The position numbers and the translations under genes are program-made. This document shows positions 1 to 14,467 of a stretch of 64,000 bases of DNA, in pieces. Positions within the stretch are counted from its first letter, which is position 1, and each line of letters begins with the position of its first letter. Origin of the DNA: Lytechinus pictus (Eukaryota); the NCBI RefSeq assembly GCF_037042905.1, contig NC_087245.1, forward strand, positions 39,186,001 through 39,250,000. The letters are read 5' to 3'. Below the pieces are notes generated by a model. That model had not been told where the DNA came from. It made no database searches and saw only the letters and a list, made by a program, of their open reading frames with translations.

Positions 1-197
1 AAATATCTAAGCTAGAAGTTCAACTTAAATTGAGCATTTTCTGTTCTTTACTTTACTTTTACTTTTATCCAACGATGCTTGTAGGACTATGCCTGTTCAT
101 CGGTCCAAGGGAATAAACTGTATGCTCCACACTATTAGTTCCAAATAGTTGCAAGACAGAAAATCCATTACTCAAAGTCATGCACACAAGCAATATC

Positions 198-761
198 CCC
201 GGGGGGGGGGGGGGCCCACTTACATTGACGAGTGGATACCATGCGCGACCAAAAAACACGTAAAAAGGATGTCTTTTTCAAGATAGGGCACGTTACGTAC
301 ATAACGTGATAAGGGTGTCAAAACACAAAAATAATGAAAAAAGGGTATCTATTTCGCTAGGAAAGTTACTTATTTAGGGTCAAATTTGCGGGGATGATAA
401 AACAAAATTAAAACGTTTTATAAAGGATGTCCTTTTTGCCCCAACACTACGTGTTTAGAGTCCGATTTGCACGAGGTGTGGAAGGTGGGGTCGTACTAAA
501 CCAAATGATGTGTATTAAAAGGTAAAACCAACGACCGAAGGACCCGTGACAAAATATCCCTGTACTTGTTTAGGGGTTCATTTCAGGGAATACTTGCCAA
601 GAGTATCGTTTTGTTTCCAATACTTGTTAAGGGTAGGGTTTCACACGCCAATATGTGTTACGGGGTGCATTTTCAGAATATGGAAAATACGTGTTTAGGG
701 TGCTTTTTGAGACCCCATGGTCGCGCATGGTATCCACTCGTCAATGGAAGTGCCCCCCGGG
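198..761. mobile_element. Non-autonomous TIR element (MITE) with CCCGGG termini and 8-bp TSD
   Basis: Inverted ends (cccgggg..cacttacattgacgagtggataccatgcgcgacc / ggtcgcgcatggtatccactcgtcaatggaagtgccccccggg). TSD gcaatatc at 190-197 and 762-769. An empty paralogous site lies at ~948-996. Confidence 0.85.
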
Positions 762-1026
762 GCAATATCCTTCCAGTGAGATCATCAAGATCATCTAATT
801 TCATTCATTTCTTTTTGTTTCAATTGTCAGATTTTTCAGGAGGGGATTTCACTTTTCTTGGTTTGCTTTTCAATCTTTTCAAAATTAGAAGAGTTTTCAT
901 GAAACAAAATGAAATAAAATAGTTGCATACAAAAATGTGGCAATCTTGACAGAAAATCCATTACTCGAAGTCATACACAAAAGCAATATCCTTCCACTTT
1001 CCAGTGATATTTTCCCCATGACTTAA

Positions 1027-1515
1027 AGGGGAAGTTCACCCTGACAAAATGTTTATTTATAGTAAAAATAGCAGAAAAATTATAAAAATATTGGTGAAGG
1101 TTTGAGGAAAGTCCATCAAAGAATAAAAAAAATTAATAGTCTTAATTATTTGATTTGTGACGTCATATGCAAGCAGCTTTCCTACATATTGTATGGTACA
1201 TGTAAGAAATCAATGAAATGTCATTTTCTTAGAAAATCGACAATGGTTTTTATTGTACCTTCAGTACATCATCTCTATCGACAATAGACCCCTCTACACC
1301 AATTATTTCACACCCACTCCTAAGTAAATAAAAAAATAAGTCATCAAGAACCATTAAAAAATGAAATTCATGCATTTTATATAACATAACATATGGGGCA
1401 GCTGCTCGTTTATGATGTCACAAATTCACTTGAAATTCTAATCTTCTTAATCTTTTTACATATTTTCCTAAAACTTTCACCAATATTTTTAATAATTTTT
1501 TCTGCTACTTTTTTA
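1027..1515. mobile_element. Kolobok-type MITE, subfamily A (right end truncated)
   Basis: ttaa|aggggaagttcaccctgac start; homologous to the full copy at 18997-19492. Confidence 0.7.
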
Positions 1516-4500
1516 GTTTATGATGGTGGTCCCCAAGTCTGTGCACCTAACAATTTGAGTTAAGATTTAACATGAAATTCTCTTATTTCACAATGTTCCT
1601 TATATTATGAGTACGGTAAGCGTACCAAATATCTCATAACAATTTGAAAGAAATAGGATTTTCTTGGAAAAAAACCTTGGGCAGTCATTTAAAGATTGAA
1701 AAATGGTACCCCATGTCTGCGCAACCATTCACTTAGCACACGATTTAGGGATTTTGATGAGAAAGGCTGCATTTTGAGGCCGTCACATGAAATGCCCCAA
1801 ATTCATTATTTTACCACCATATTTGAGTCAGATTTTTTAATGAATAGACTATCTGTCTATGTATTGCATGTGTAAAGTCTATGTTCTTTTTTTTTACTAG
1901 AATCACGCAGATATGCGTATGCGCAAACAAGTCAAGGGGGACTGCGAACTGCGCAGACTTGTGCCATTGTTGGAACTTGCCATATACCCAGTTGTTGTAT
2001 ATCCGGACAGGTTGTGTGTCCAGACGATCAATTTTAGAAAGTCATTGGAAAAATTTACAAGCAAAGTTTCATCAATTTTTAGTACAAAATATTAGGAAAT
2101 ATTATAGAGAACAAAATAGAAGATGATTACAACCATTGAATTCATATTTTTAGTCACTCACACAACATGCGAGGTTAGTATACTAACCTCGCACAATGCA
2201 TCTCATTTCATAATGAATTTTGACGTTTTCATTCATCACACGAATGTGAGAATATGAAACACGCCTAAATCTTCACAATATACTAAATTTAGTAATCTTA
2301 ATCTTATAATGTAATCTAATTTTAAAAATCAGCACGAACTTATCTATAAAAATGGATTTTAAACGCTTACCTCCAAATCTCAGCCAGTTACTCCGTCCGA
2401 TCCTTAATACTGCGGTGGAAATTACGCAAACAACAATCGAAATGCTAATTTTTCCTATCGAACAGTCTAGATTCAAGTCGCCGGCGCATAATAGGAAATT
2501 GTACCAAAAATCAACAGGTTACATGTCACGTATAATCGCTGATGGCGCTACATCATAAAATAACGCTGAACAGCGAAAAAAATGCGGAGCGCCTAGAACG
2601 CAGCCAGCAGTACAGCTGATCTGACGTAAACGACGTAAACAAGCAAGTTTATTAAATAATATCGCGTGCCCTCTCTGTGCGTATAGAGAGAACCAGCTAA
2701 TCGGGGCCATGCCTGCTTCGACATCAAGAAAAATCATCGATATAAAGTACCAGAAAGACAGAGAGGAATTGAAATTGGCTTCATATCGTTCGGTAAGTTT
2801 CATATCCAAAGCTTACTTCATGTAAAATGTAGATAAATTTCAAATTTTTAAATAAGAATAAAAAACTTATTGCAAGTGCCGTGCCAGCGGTTATCCTGTC
2901 CACGGCGGCGGTAATGTACCCATAGGTGATTTTTAGTGTAATCCAAAGACAAAAAAGAAGGCTTCAAAAATATAAAGTGTCCGCCGTTCGGACACCCGAC
3001 CCCCCAATCCCCATCCTACAAGTTTTTGTCACGTCAGGGTTAATTCTAGACCAAAAGCTTCGGTCTCTGTTATGGTTGTTCCGCTGAACTCTGTTGGCTC
3101 CACTCACCAATTACAGAGACAGAAGTTCTTACTCCATCTGTACAGGGACTCAATGGCCATATGTTTATGTATTAAGTTCAGATAAACCAGGGAGTGGAAG
3201 TTAAGCGACAGCCGAAGTAAGCCATTTCCCCCCCCCCCCCCCCCCCCCGTTTTGGTGCATTTCAGGCTAAAAGTAAAACGGAATAATAATCTTTATTTTC
3301 GTCCAGTTCTTTTATATATTTCTATGAAATAAAGACAAAAATCGATGATCCCCATCGAGTGGATTTTGCATTGTTAACTTTCTAATGGCGGCTGCAAGAT
3401 TGCGAGCCGTCTGTGTACGAGGAGAAATTTTAAAAAATGTTTAAAATCTCCTCAAAACAGACAGCTGCCAGTGCCAGCTGACTCTAGCATGCTAGTCTAG
3501 CCTCTAGGTGAATTTATCTTTTAAATTTAATTAAGTTATCATTTTGAGAGCATGTTCTTTAAATTTGTACAAATATGTAGCTCTATGAAAATGTACAGTC
3601 AAGGGGTATTACACAGACTTAGAAGTTAGAACACGACACAAAGCCAAAGAAAAAGATCAGACAACTCAATTTCTCAAAACACACACACAAATACATAACA
3701 ATAATGATCAATGACCAAACACAACACAAATTCGCACATATGGGTATGGTAACAAAATAACATTTCCAGGACAGGGTGATACAAACACATAATAAAAACA
3801 CAATTCAACAAATGTTACCTGGTCTTGACATGCTTGAATCAATACTTTCTAAGCTTATGCACACTGGGATGTCACCTTTGGATCCTCATCAGGTCCATAA
3901 TGTGATATTTATCGCTCTTTAAAATCGAGTAAAAAAATTGAAGCCAAACCGTTGCGTAGGAAGATCGTTTTATGGCAACGCATGTATGCGCATGCTCAGT
4001 TCAATTAAAACCTCAAACCTCCGAGAGAAGGATGATCATCATTTGCCTTGATGACATCGATTTTCACTGATTTGCGAAGTCCATTTGTTGAACTCATTTG
4101 CCCGTAATATGATCGGGAAATCGATTTGGTGAATGGCCTGGTTTGAATGAATGTTGCACAAACCACATTTGAGAAATGAAAGACCACCATCCCGACCGCC
4201 ATTCACACAAAAGGCATCTTTAATTATTCGAGATTGTTATCAGGTGTATACTCTGCAAGCGAGCAAATTTCCAGAATATAGGAGATTTCATGGTGTCCAA
4301 CGTAACCTATAAACGTGCCTATACATGTATAGATGAAATGTCAACTAAAAGTAAAAAAAAAATATAGTAGACCAAATGGTTTTAGCCATATTTTTCCCGA
4401 TCGGCCGCGCGAAGATGATTTTTGTTTGTGTACACTTTATTAGCTTTATTCTTATAAATCAACATAAAAATATAATATCATAATCCTTATTTATAAAATG

Positions 4501-4777
4501 CGAAGCGCGAGCTCATTTTTATTTTATTTTATGTATTTTGTCTTAAAATTTGAACATTCTGGGCAATGTTTGTTATCCTGAAAAAAAGATGTGTATGCAA
4601 CTAAATAATTACTACGAACGCGAAGCGCGAGTAGAAATTTTAATACACGTTTTGAACTGATCGAAAAGGTACCTGTTAAGGACTGCTTGCAGTTAGCCCT
4701 GAAGACGTTAAATATTCCAACAATCATATAAAGCGAGCGCGAAGTGCCAGCTGAAATTTTTTGACATTTCTACTTAA

Positions 4778-5379
4778 AGGACAAGTCCACTCCAACAAAA
4801 ACTTGATTTGAATAAAAAGAGAAAAATTCAACAAGCATAACACTGAAAATTTCATCAAAATCGGATGTAAAATAAGAAAGTTATGACATTTTAAAGTTTT
4901 GCTTCATTTCACAAAACAGTTATATGCACATCTCAGTCAGTATGCAAATGAGGGAACTGATGACATCACTCACTCACTATTTCTTTTGTATTTTATTGTA
5001 TGAAATATGAAATATTTAGATTTTCTCGTCATTGTCATGTGAAATGACGTTTCATTCCTCCCTGAACACGTGGAATTCCATTATTTGAACATTTTGTGCT
5101 TCAGGCAAGGAGGTCCTAATCATCAAATTCGTAAAAATTGAAATATTATATAATTCAAACAATAAAAAACAAAAGAAATAGTGAGTGAGTGACATCATCG
5201 ACTTTCTCATTTGGATGTAACTGGCTCGTTCATATAACTGTTTGTTAAAAATAAGCGAAACTTTGAAATGTCATAACTTTCTTATTTTACATCCGATTTT
5301 GATGAAATTTTCAGCATTGTGCTTGTCTGATTTTTCTCTATTGATTCAAATCAACACTTTTCTGAGGTGGACTTGACCT
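4778..5379. mobile_element. Kolobok-type MITE, subfamily B
   Basis: ttaa|aggacaagtccac ... gtggacttgacct|ttaa; long imperfect TIRs; TTAA TSD with AG..CT termini. Confidence 0.85.
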
Positions 5380-6133
5380 TTAAAGAATAACTAAACAATT
5401 TGATGCAAGCGCGAGCGGGAAGTTTAGAGATTTAATTAGACCTAACTGACACTCTATTCATGTTTTGTAAGTCATAAAAAGGATGAGTATATACTTGGGG
5501 ATTTTCATTACATTAATAATTCGAGCGCAAAGCGCGAGCATAAAAGTTTTATATACGTTTTGAACTGATCGAAAATGTACTTGATATAGACTTCTTGCAC
5601 TTAGCCATGACAACATTACATATTTCAACAATCAAATAATGCGAGCGCGAAGCGCGAGCTGATTTTTTTTTTACATTTCTTCATAAAGAATGGAAAATTT
5701 TAAATTTTTGTAATCGTGAACAGGATAACTAAACAATTGATGCGAGCGGAAAAAAAAATCGAGATTTAGACCTTAAAACGGGACACTCTATTCATGTTTT
5801 GTAAATCATAAAAAGGATGAGTAATAGGGGATTTCCTACATTAATAATGCGAGGACAAAGCACGAGCAGACATTTTTGATATTTTGATCTGAAACTAGGT
5901 AATGATATAAATAGAGAACATTAAGTTGCGTTTTTGAATAAACATGCGCGCGTGTTTCAGATTTAGATCTAGAATCTTTAGGCATTCTAAATACATTTTT
6001 TATCCTGAAAATCAATGAAGCGAGCGCGAAAATAAAATATTAAAAATATTCCGATCTGAAAATGGGTCAATTTCAGCTCTATATTTCAAGCACTTTGTAG
6101 GAAAATTGTAAGGTGGATATGGATCGCACTTAA

Positions 6134-6470
6134 AGGGATGGTCCAGGCTGGAAATATTTATATCTCAATATAAATGCCGCAATTGATTTCATCATGATGG
6201 AGACACATCACTTACACAATTAATGTATGAAAAAACGAAACATTTATGATTTCATGTAATAACATAAGAAAAAGGAAAGTGGGGATGTGACATCATCAGC
6301 CCACCTAATGAATATTCATGAGATGTGTATATAACTGTTTTCACAAAATATTGATAAAATTTCATAACTTCGTTATTTGTTATCCGATTTCGATGAAATT
6401 TTCAGCATTTTGCTCTGTGAATTTTACTTTATTTATTTAGATATAAATATTTTCAGTCCAGACCACCCTT
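6134..6470. mobile_element. Kolobok-type MITE, subfamily C (internally deleted)
   Basis: ttaa|agggatggtccaggctg ... cagtccagaccaccct; homologous to 48050-48640. Confidence 0.7.
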
Positions 6471-6539
6471 TTGATATAAAGAGCTGAAATTTTTATTACT
6501 ATTACTTTGAGTTTTGACATAGGACAGGCACATCATTAA

Positions 6540-6679
6540 TACCTTGGTTACATTTGCTCTTCGGCGAGTCGAAAACAGCCGTTTTAACATTTTTTTGTCC
6601 AACTACATATAGGTGGTTTGAATTAAAATTAATAAAACGGCTGTTTTCGACTCGCCGTAGAGCAAATGTGACCAAGGTA
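6540..6679. mobile_element. 140-bp palindromic MITE with TAA TSD (PIF/Harbinger-like)
   Basis: ~47-bp TIRs taccttggttacatttgctcttcggcgagtcgaaaacagccgtttta / taaaacggctgttttcgactcgccgtagagcaaatgtgaccaaggta, flanked by taa on both sides. Confidence 0.8.
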
Positions 6680-7545
6680 TAAGACATGTAATCATAATGA
6701 AAATGATGTCTTCATATTACTCTTGCTATAAGTGATAGATGATAAAAGAGGGACAATTTAATTATTAGATTAATATCTTATTTATCAATCTAATATGCCT
6801 AATAAGGGCGCAAAATTTGATGATATATGGCCTGAAAACTGGACATTTCAAGCACTTTTGTAATTATGAATAAGTCAATATATTTTTTAACAATTAATGC
6901 GAGCGCAAAACGGGTGCCGAATTTTTTGATAAAGTGTCATGCCGGAAATAGGGATTTTATTTTTGTTGTATAATCAATATTGAGACACATAACTCGCCAA
7001 TCAAAATGCGAGTGTGCAGCGCTAGCTGATACGTTTTGACAATCAGAATTAACAAGGAATATCTCGAAAACTTCATGGAATACACGAAAATAAAAGGAAC
7101 CTGATAAATTTGCGAGCGCGCAGCGCAAGCAGAAAAGTTTAATATTCAGACCATAAAGGTGACATTTTTACAGAGCGCTATTTGAAAATCAATTTTTTAA
7201 TCAAACAAAATAATGAAAGCTCGATTTCCGAGTTGAAATATGTCTTGTTTATTGACTTCCAAACTTTATATATTTAAGCTCCATATTGAACAATATATGT
7301 AAGTCACCTAACAGGCAATGCGAGCGCGAAGAGCATGCAAAAATTTTATATAGTGACATGAAAGATTCTTTTATTTTCCAAATATAGTATTCCCCTCGTC
7401 TTATTTTATTCACTTGTCTTCCTCCTCTTCTTTTTTTCTCCTTTCATTTCCCTCCTTTTTTTAAAATTTCCTTTAATTTTTTTGCTCCGCCAATAGGGGG
7501 GGGGGGGGAAGGGCCCCTCGGGCACCCCCTTGGGATCAACCTATG

Positions 7546-9743
7546 GCTTTACACAGATCTAGGCACACCCATTCCACACCCTCATGCCATCACACACACT
7601 CTGATTAACCACACCACTTTACACACATCTATAGGCACACCCATTCCACACTCTCACGCCATCACACACACTCTGATTAATCACACCGCTTTACACAGAT
7701 CTAGGCAAACCTGACCCTCACACACTGATTAACCACACCGCTTTTCACAGATCTAGACACACCCATTCCACACTCTCAGACCATATACACAATCTAATTA
7801 ACCACACCACTTTATACAGATCTATAGGCACGCCCATACCCTCTCACCATCACACACACTCTGATTAATCACACCGCTTTACACAGATCTATGCAAACCT
7901 GACCCTCACACTCTGATTAACCACGTCCATCGCTTCACACAGATCTAGGCACACCCATTCTACACTCTCACACCATTACACACACTCTGATAAACCACAC
8001 CACTTAACACAGATCTATAGGCACACCCATTCCACACTCTCACACCATTACACACACTCTGATAAACCACACCGCTTTACACAGATCTATAGGCAAACCT
8101 GACCCTCACACACTGATTAACCACACCGCTTCACACAGATCTAGGTACACCCATTCCACACTCTCACGCCATCACACACACTCTGATAAACCACACCGCT
8201 TTACACAGATCTAGGCAAACCTGACCCTCACACATTAATTAACCACACCGCTTTTCACAGATCTAGGCACACCCATTCCACACCATTATACACACTCTGA
8301 CTAATCACACCGCTTTACACAGATCTAGGCAAACCTAACCCTCACACACTGATTAACCATACCGCTTCACACAGATCTAGGCACACCCATTCCACACTTT
8401 GATTAATCACACCGCTTTCCACAGATCTAGGCACACCCATTACACACTCTCACACCATCACACACACTCTGACTAATCACACCGCTTTACACAGATCTAG
8501 GCAAACCCATTCCACAATCTGATTAACCACACCACTTTACACAGATCTATGCAAACCTGACCCTCACACTCTTGACTAACCACACAACTTTACACAGATC
8601 TAGGCACACCCATTCCACACTCTAATTAACCACACCACTTTACACAGATCTAGGCACACCCATTCCACACTCTGATTAACCACACCACTTTACACAGATC
8701 TAGGCAAACCTGACCTTCACACTCTGATTAACCACACCACTTTACACAGATCTAGGCAAACCTGACCTTCACACTCTGAATAACCATACAACTTTACACA
8801 GATCTAGGCACACCCATTCCACACTCTGATTAACCACACCACTTTACACAGATCTAGGCACACCCATTCCACACTCTGATTAACCACACCACTTTACACA
8901 TATCTATGCAAACCTAACCCTCACACTCTTGACTAACCACACCACTTTACACAGATCTAGGCACACCCATTCCACACTCTGATTAACCACACCACTTTAC
9001 ACATATCTAGGCACACCCATTCCACACTCTTGACTAACCACACCACTTTACACAGATCTAGGCACACCCATTCCACACTCTTGACTAACCACACCACTTT
9101 ACACAGATCTAGGCACACCCATTCCACACTCTTGACTAACCACACCACTTTACACAGATCTAGGCACACCCATTCCACACTCTGATTAACCACACCACTT
9201 TACACATATCTAGGCACAACCATTCCACACTCTGATTAACCACACCACTTTACACAGATCTAGGCACACCCATTCCACACTCTGATTAACCACACCACTT
9301 TACACAGATCTAGGCACACCCATTCCACACTCTCTTACCATCACACACACTCTGATTAACCACACCGCTTTTCACAGATCTAGCTAGGCAAACCTGACAC
9401 TCACACACTCTGATTAACCACACCGCTTTTCACAGATCTTGGCACACCCATCGCACACACTCTGATTAACCACACCGCTTTTCACAGATCTAGCTAGGCA
9501 AACCTGACACTCACACACTCTGATTAACCACACCGCTTTTCACAGATCTTGGCACACCCATCGCACACACTCTGATTAACCACACCGCTTTTCACAGATC
9601 TAGGCAACCTGACCCTCACACACTCTGATTAACCACACCGCTTTTCACAGATCTTGGCACACTGTATTCCACACCGTCACACACACTCTAATTAACCACA
9701 CCGCTTCTCACAGATCTATAGGCACACCCATTCCACACACTGA
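7546..9743. repeat. Minisatellite, ~50-bp core unit, roughly 40 copies
   Basis: Unit accactttacacagatctaggcacacccattccacactctgattaaccac; 50/51-bp period in the centre, longer 50-70-bp variants at the flanks. Confidence 0.95.
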
Positions 9744-10102
9744 CACCTCTCTTGCATGGGGCATGTTGAGTGATTCCAAATTTCGTGTTTTATATAACTT
9801 TTACTAATTTTATTCTTGCATTTACAAATCTAGAAATGTATATATATATTTTTTCATGTTTAACAACTGAAATGGTAAAGATTAATAGGCCCTGTATTCA
9901 CAATTATATTGTCTATAACAGATTTGAAAAAAGAGAAAAAAATACTTTTTTTAAATCGAATGTAGTTATGAAATTTAATGTAAATATAATGTACATCCTG
10001 GTCAGTATGCAATTGAGGAAACGGACTGTGGTCAGTGGTCACACACTATTTCATTTGTATTTCATTATATGACATTATTTCTTATGCTCACCTCGCTACA
10101 AT

Positions 10103-10488
10103 GGTAATTGCCAATTCGTCCACTCACCACATGGTCTACTTTCATTTAGTCTAACGCCATTATGTCCATCAACATTTCGTCTAACAGCCATTTGATCCAA
10201 TAACCATTTGGTCCTATCATCACTTCGTCTAATCACCATTTCGTCTCATAACCAGTTAGTCTAATATCAATTTCATTTTCATTCATTTTGCACAATTAAC
10301 TCTAGGTCCAATTAGACCAAATGGTATATGGACTACATGGCTATTTGGACCAACTGGTTATTAGATGAAATGGTGAGTGGATGAATTGGCAATTAGACCA
10401 TGTGGATAGTGGACGAACCGATGGTAGACCAAATGATAGACGAGTTGGCAATTGAGCGAATTGGCATTAGACGAATAGGAAATAAACC
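10103..10488. mobile_element. MITE with GGT..ACC termini and degenerate 8-bp TSD (Merlin-like)
   Basis: ggtaattgccaattcgtc ... gacgaataggaaataaacc; internal short agaccaa/agacgaa repeats; flanks gctacaat/gttacaac. An inverted family member lies at 25600-26010. Confidence 0.6.
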
Positions 10489-11649
10489 GTTACAACATGA
10501 AGCAAAGTTGTATTCGTTGTAACTGACCTTATAATGATTGTGGTTTTCATTAGTAGCCGTCCACTAAAATTTGAATAAGTAACTTAATTAAGAGTCAATT
10601 TACACGATTTTCGTCCTTTATCAAATTTTTAGTCGAATTAAAAAGTGCAAAACTGTACATGGGTGTGTAACAATTTCTGGGTGTGATAGCGAATACTGCA
10701 GAGTGAAAAGATTCTTTATTTTCTAGCTATTCTGGCAAAATATATATGAAAAATAATATTGCTGGCATAAAGTGGACAACTAATATAAACATCTATTTGG
10801 CAAAAATATAATAAGCAAGATTGGTTCCGTTTAACATGCAGTATATATGTATATTATATTATAAGCAGCTAATTTCTAAATGTGGTTGAAATATTTCCTT
10901 CTTCATATTGTATGGTCCATGCTTGACACCCATTTCTATTGTTGATGTTATTTTTATTGAGCCCCTGTTCCTTAGTATTTTTTATTTTGATCTGAGGTAT
11001 TTTCAATTTTTTGGTGTACCTTGATCGAAGCTTGAGCCTATCATTCTTAAAAGCGGTGATGTGTTCTAAATTTTTAACATATTTAAAGAAATGGAATAAG
11101 GATTTATTTATTTATTCATTTTAAAGTGGCCACACTATTTTTTGAAGATTATTGGAAGATATACTTTAGTTGTAATTCACATTTGACCATTTACTAAAAC
11201 TTTAGACAGGCTGTTCGACTTTTCTTATTCTTACCTCAAGTTTTCCCCTGAATATAATTAATTCTTCATGATCGATATGTTTGGTTGTCTCTGGAATATC
11301 AAGTTGGCTTCCAGAAACTTTATTTCCACCACTTGCTGGTTAAGAACGAGGCCTACTTGTTGCTGTTTTGTTTTCACCTAGAGAATGTGGCTTGACAGAA
11401 CTTCACTGCTTAAAATGAGAAAAATCATCAATATAATTATCATGATTTAAGCAAAATACCATCACAATATTGACCAAATAGTTCTCAAAAATTTATAATG
11501 ACTCAGTGACTCTATATCATTACTTTGTCTACAGTGACACAGTCAGTCATTATTTTTATTAGTATGGTCACGTGATCGATCTCAGGCAGTCATTTGATTA
11601 GTATCTTATAGAGAATAAAATAAATGCCTATTTGTTTTTTTTTATTGAG

Positions 11650-12331
11650 TTAAGGTATCAGTCTGGTTTTGTACATCTTGTTGTAATACGGCATAGACAA
11701 TTCTGCTATCTCCCTGACGTCATTGGGCAGATCATCAAAAGATGGAACTGGAGGTGGAGCCAGGAAGTGAGAAGTATGGAATGCGTTGTGGCAGAAGATC
11801 CGGATGAACTCGAATTCCTTGACCGGCATGAAGGCACACTTCCAGCTATCCGTGATATCCGGGTTAGCATCCCATGACAGAAGACTATCGTTGTACCGTA
11901 TTCCAACCGCCTTGCAGTACTTGGATAGCACCGCAGCTGGATCAGCAAGTAAATCGTCACTCTCCACAACGACAGGGTCCGGATCAAGGTTGTCCAGGAC
12001 GTAGACCCACAGATCATGGAGCTCTTTGTAGAGCAAACCAGAGATCTTGTATTTCTCGGGCACATCGTATCTTATGTCAAAATCTTCCAGACTTTTGGTG
12101 AGCTTCTTCCCGGTTCCGTCGCCTACATCTCTCAGAATGGAGTGGATGACCTTCTTCCAGGAGCTGAAGACCTTGGCTGGGTGACGCAGAAAGAAGGAGT
12201 GCTTGTAGTTGCTGGATTTATCTGGAAGGAACCGGAAGTGCTTACTATCCATGGACTGCGACACGCCCTTATAAAAGATGACCTTTTTGTTTGGATCCGG
12301 GTTATCGAGCATTGATTTGATCACTGGGTAC
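11650..12331 (-). CDS. P-loop sulfotransferase-like protein (family resembling the N-terminal domain of plant BCAT-like proteins), exon 2 (last coding exon)
   Basis: Acceptor ttttgtag|G at 12331 completes AA+G=Lys from exon 1. Open to TAA at 11650. Motifs FFLRHPAKVFSSW, PVVVESDDLLADP, YCKAVGI..LLSW. Joined CDS is 960 nt = 319 aa. Confidence 0.88.
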
Positions 12332-12683
12332 CTACAAAATGAGCACAATAAATCGCAACTCATGTAAAATGGCAAATATGATCGTATCTTCTTTTTTTTA
12401 GGATTTGAAGACCTTTGTTAACTTTCTGAACGTCCAATTAAAAACTAAGTTCATGATAAGATCATGTGAATATATAGGAATCTGAGAATTATAGCGACGA
12501 TTAAATCAATAGACAAAAGTATAGTAAAAAACATTAATCTGAAGAAAGGATACCACAAAGTCACTTGGCAGTATCTAAACAAACAAACAAAAACACGCGT
12601 CTCAAAATAATGTTCCATATGTATTGATTTTATAATATATCTCTCAAAGAAAATGGTGTAGGAATAAAGTTCCGGTTCCTTAA

Positions 12684-13245
12684 AGGGGTACTCCGGGCTG
12701 AGCGTATTTATATCTAAAGAAATAGAACGAATCCCACAGAGCGAAATGCAGAAAATTTCATTAAAATCTGATGGCAAATAACGAAGTTTTTTAATTTAGC
12801 AATATTTTGTGAAAACAGTTATACGCACGTCATTGTGAATATTCATCAGGTGGGCTGATGATGTCACATCCCCACTTTCCTTTTCCTTATTGATTGTGTG
12901 AAAGATATATCTCCCTTATAATGAAATAAGTTGCAGGAATCAATATCTAATGCATTAAATGTCAATCCTTTTTTTTGTTCTTGGAGGAAAAAATTTGAAT
13001 AAACCTAATTTCATATAATAAAATACAAAAGAATAAGTTGGGATATGACATCATCAATTTGCTCATTGAATATTCATGAAGACATGCCTACCAGAATAAT
13101 TCAAAACTTTAATTCAAAGATTTGAATTATTCTGGTGAAATGTCATAACTTTGTTATTCCTTGTCCGATTTTGATCGAATTTTCAGTGTTTTTTTTCCTT
13201 TTTTCATCTGTTCAAATCATATTACTTTTAACCTGGAGTACCCCT
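12684..13245. mobile_element. Kolobok-type MITE (subfamily C-related), intronic
   Basis: ttaa|aggggtactcc ... ggagtacccct|ttaa. Confidence 0.8.
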
Positions 13246-13389
13246 TTAAACTAATGCTTGATTCATCAATACTTTTCACGGACCGCAAAACTAAGCTATC
13301 ACAGTAACAAAATACTTCATGCAGTGATCAACAAAACGGAGCATTTATAGTACAAAGTCCGACAGCTCGCCGTCAACGTCTCCTATTAA

Positions 13390-13777
13390 AGGGAGAGTAA
13401 AAATACCAGAAAAATATTTAAAATATTGATGAAGTTTTGAGGAAATCAATCAAAGATTAAGAAAGACTTTATTTTTCTCTCTTTTATGCAGAAGTAGGTG
13501 TGAAGTGATTCGTCTGTAGAACTAGATATACATGTATACTATAGGCAAAGTAAAACTATTTTGAACTTGTTTGAGAAAATGATATTTCTGTGACTTTTTT
13601 AATATACGATAAATGGGGAAGCTGCTCGCATTATTATGACGTCACAAATAAACAAAATCAAAATTTGAATAGCTTTTTAATTCTTTGATGGGTTTTCTTC
13701 CAACCTTCACCACTATTCTTCTATCATTCCTTTCTGCTATTTTTCAATAAACTTTTTGTTTGGGTGAAATTCCCCTT
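13390..13777. mobile_element. Kolobok-type MITE subfamily A, degraded
   Basis: ttaaagggagag ... gggtgaaattcccctt; similar to 18997-19492. Confidence 0.55.
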
Positions 13778-14467
13778 TAGGTAAAAACGAACCAAAAGCG
13801 CCATCTCGAGTCCTGAACTACTCATACCTGGCCAGTTTCCTGACCCATAATGCTAGTGTAGTCTAGTAATATAGACCCACTTGAATGATAACATGCTAAT
13901 TAAACTACTCAATACATACCACAATAATTATGTTACCAAGTTGCAAAAACAATTACTTTTCCTCTTAAAACATTTTAGTATCTCTATATACAAATACAAT
14001 CATAGGTCAATTTATTATCTGTAGTATTATTAGATGTCTGAAAACAAGACTATGTATTCACACACAGTAAATGAGAGACGAGACCACACATGGTTCACTC
14101 CCCCTTTTTAATAACATCATATATCAGAACTAGCTACAAACACATCTTGAAATTTCTTAGACCATTGTGCCTGAGAATGACTTTGATATTTTATACCCCA
14201 CCCCCCCAAAAAAAAAACATAATCAATATAAAACATAAAAGAAAAATAATAATGTTATGGGTAAGGAGTCCAAGGCAACCAGTATAGAGTTTCATCTAAA
14301 ATAACAAAAAATCTGTGACGAAGGACGGTCCTGCATGCATATTAGGTCCAGTTTGCTGTGCAAAAAAAAAAAAAATATATATATCCATGACTATATGTCC
14401 AAACTCCAGAAAGTCCCTCTCGTCCAGCCTCTCATTCAGATTGAAACAGTCTAATCAGGGTCAGTGC

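Larger units (their letters stand above)
4400..7545. repeat. Degenerate repeat or DNA-transposon relic rich in gcgagcgcgaagcgcgagc motifs, hosting nested MITEs
   Basis: The motif recurs many times and related sequence occurs at ~16680-17330. Boundaries are approximate. Confidence 0.5.

Noticed and set aside
7546..9743. CRISPR-like array or repetitive ORF 8957-9193
   Set aside because: Units are contiguous tandem repeats without unique spacers, there are no cas genes, and the context is eukaryotic. The ORF is just the translated 51-bp repeat.
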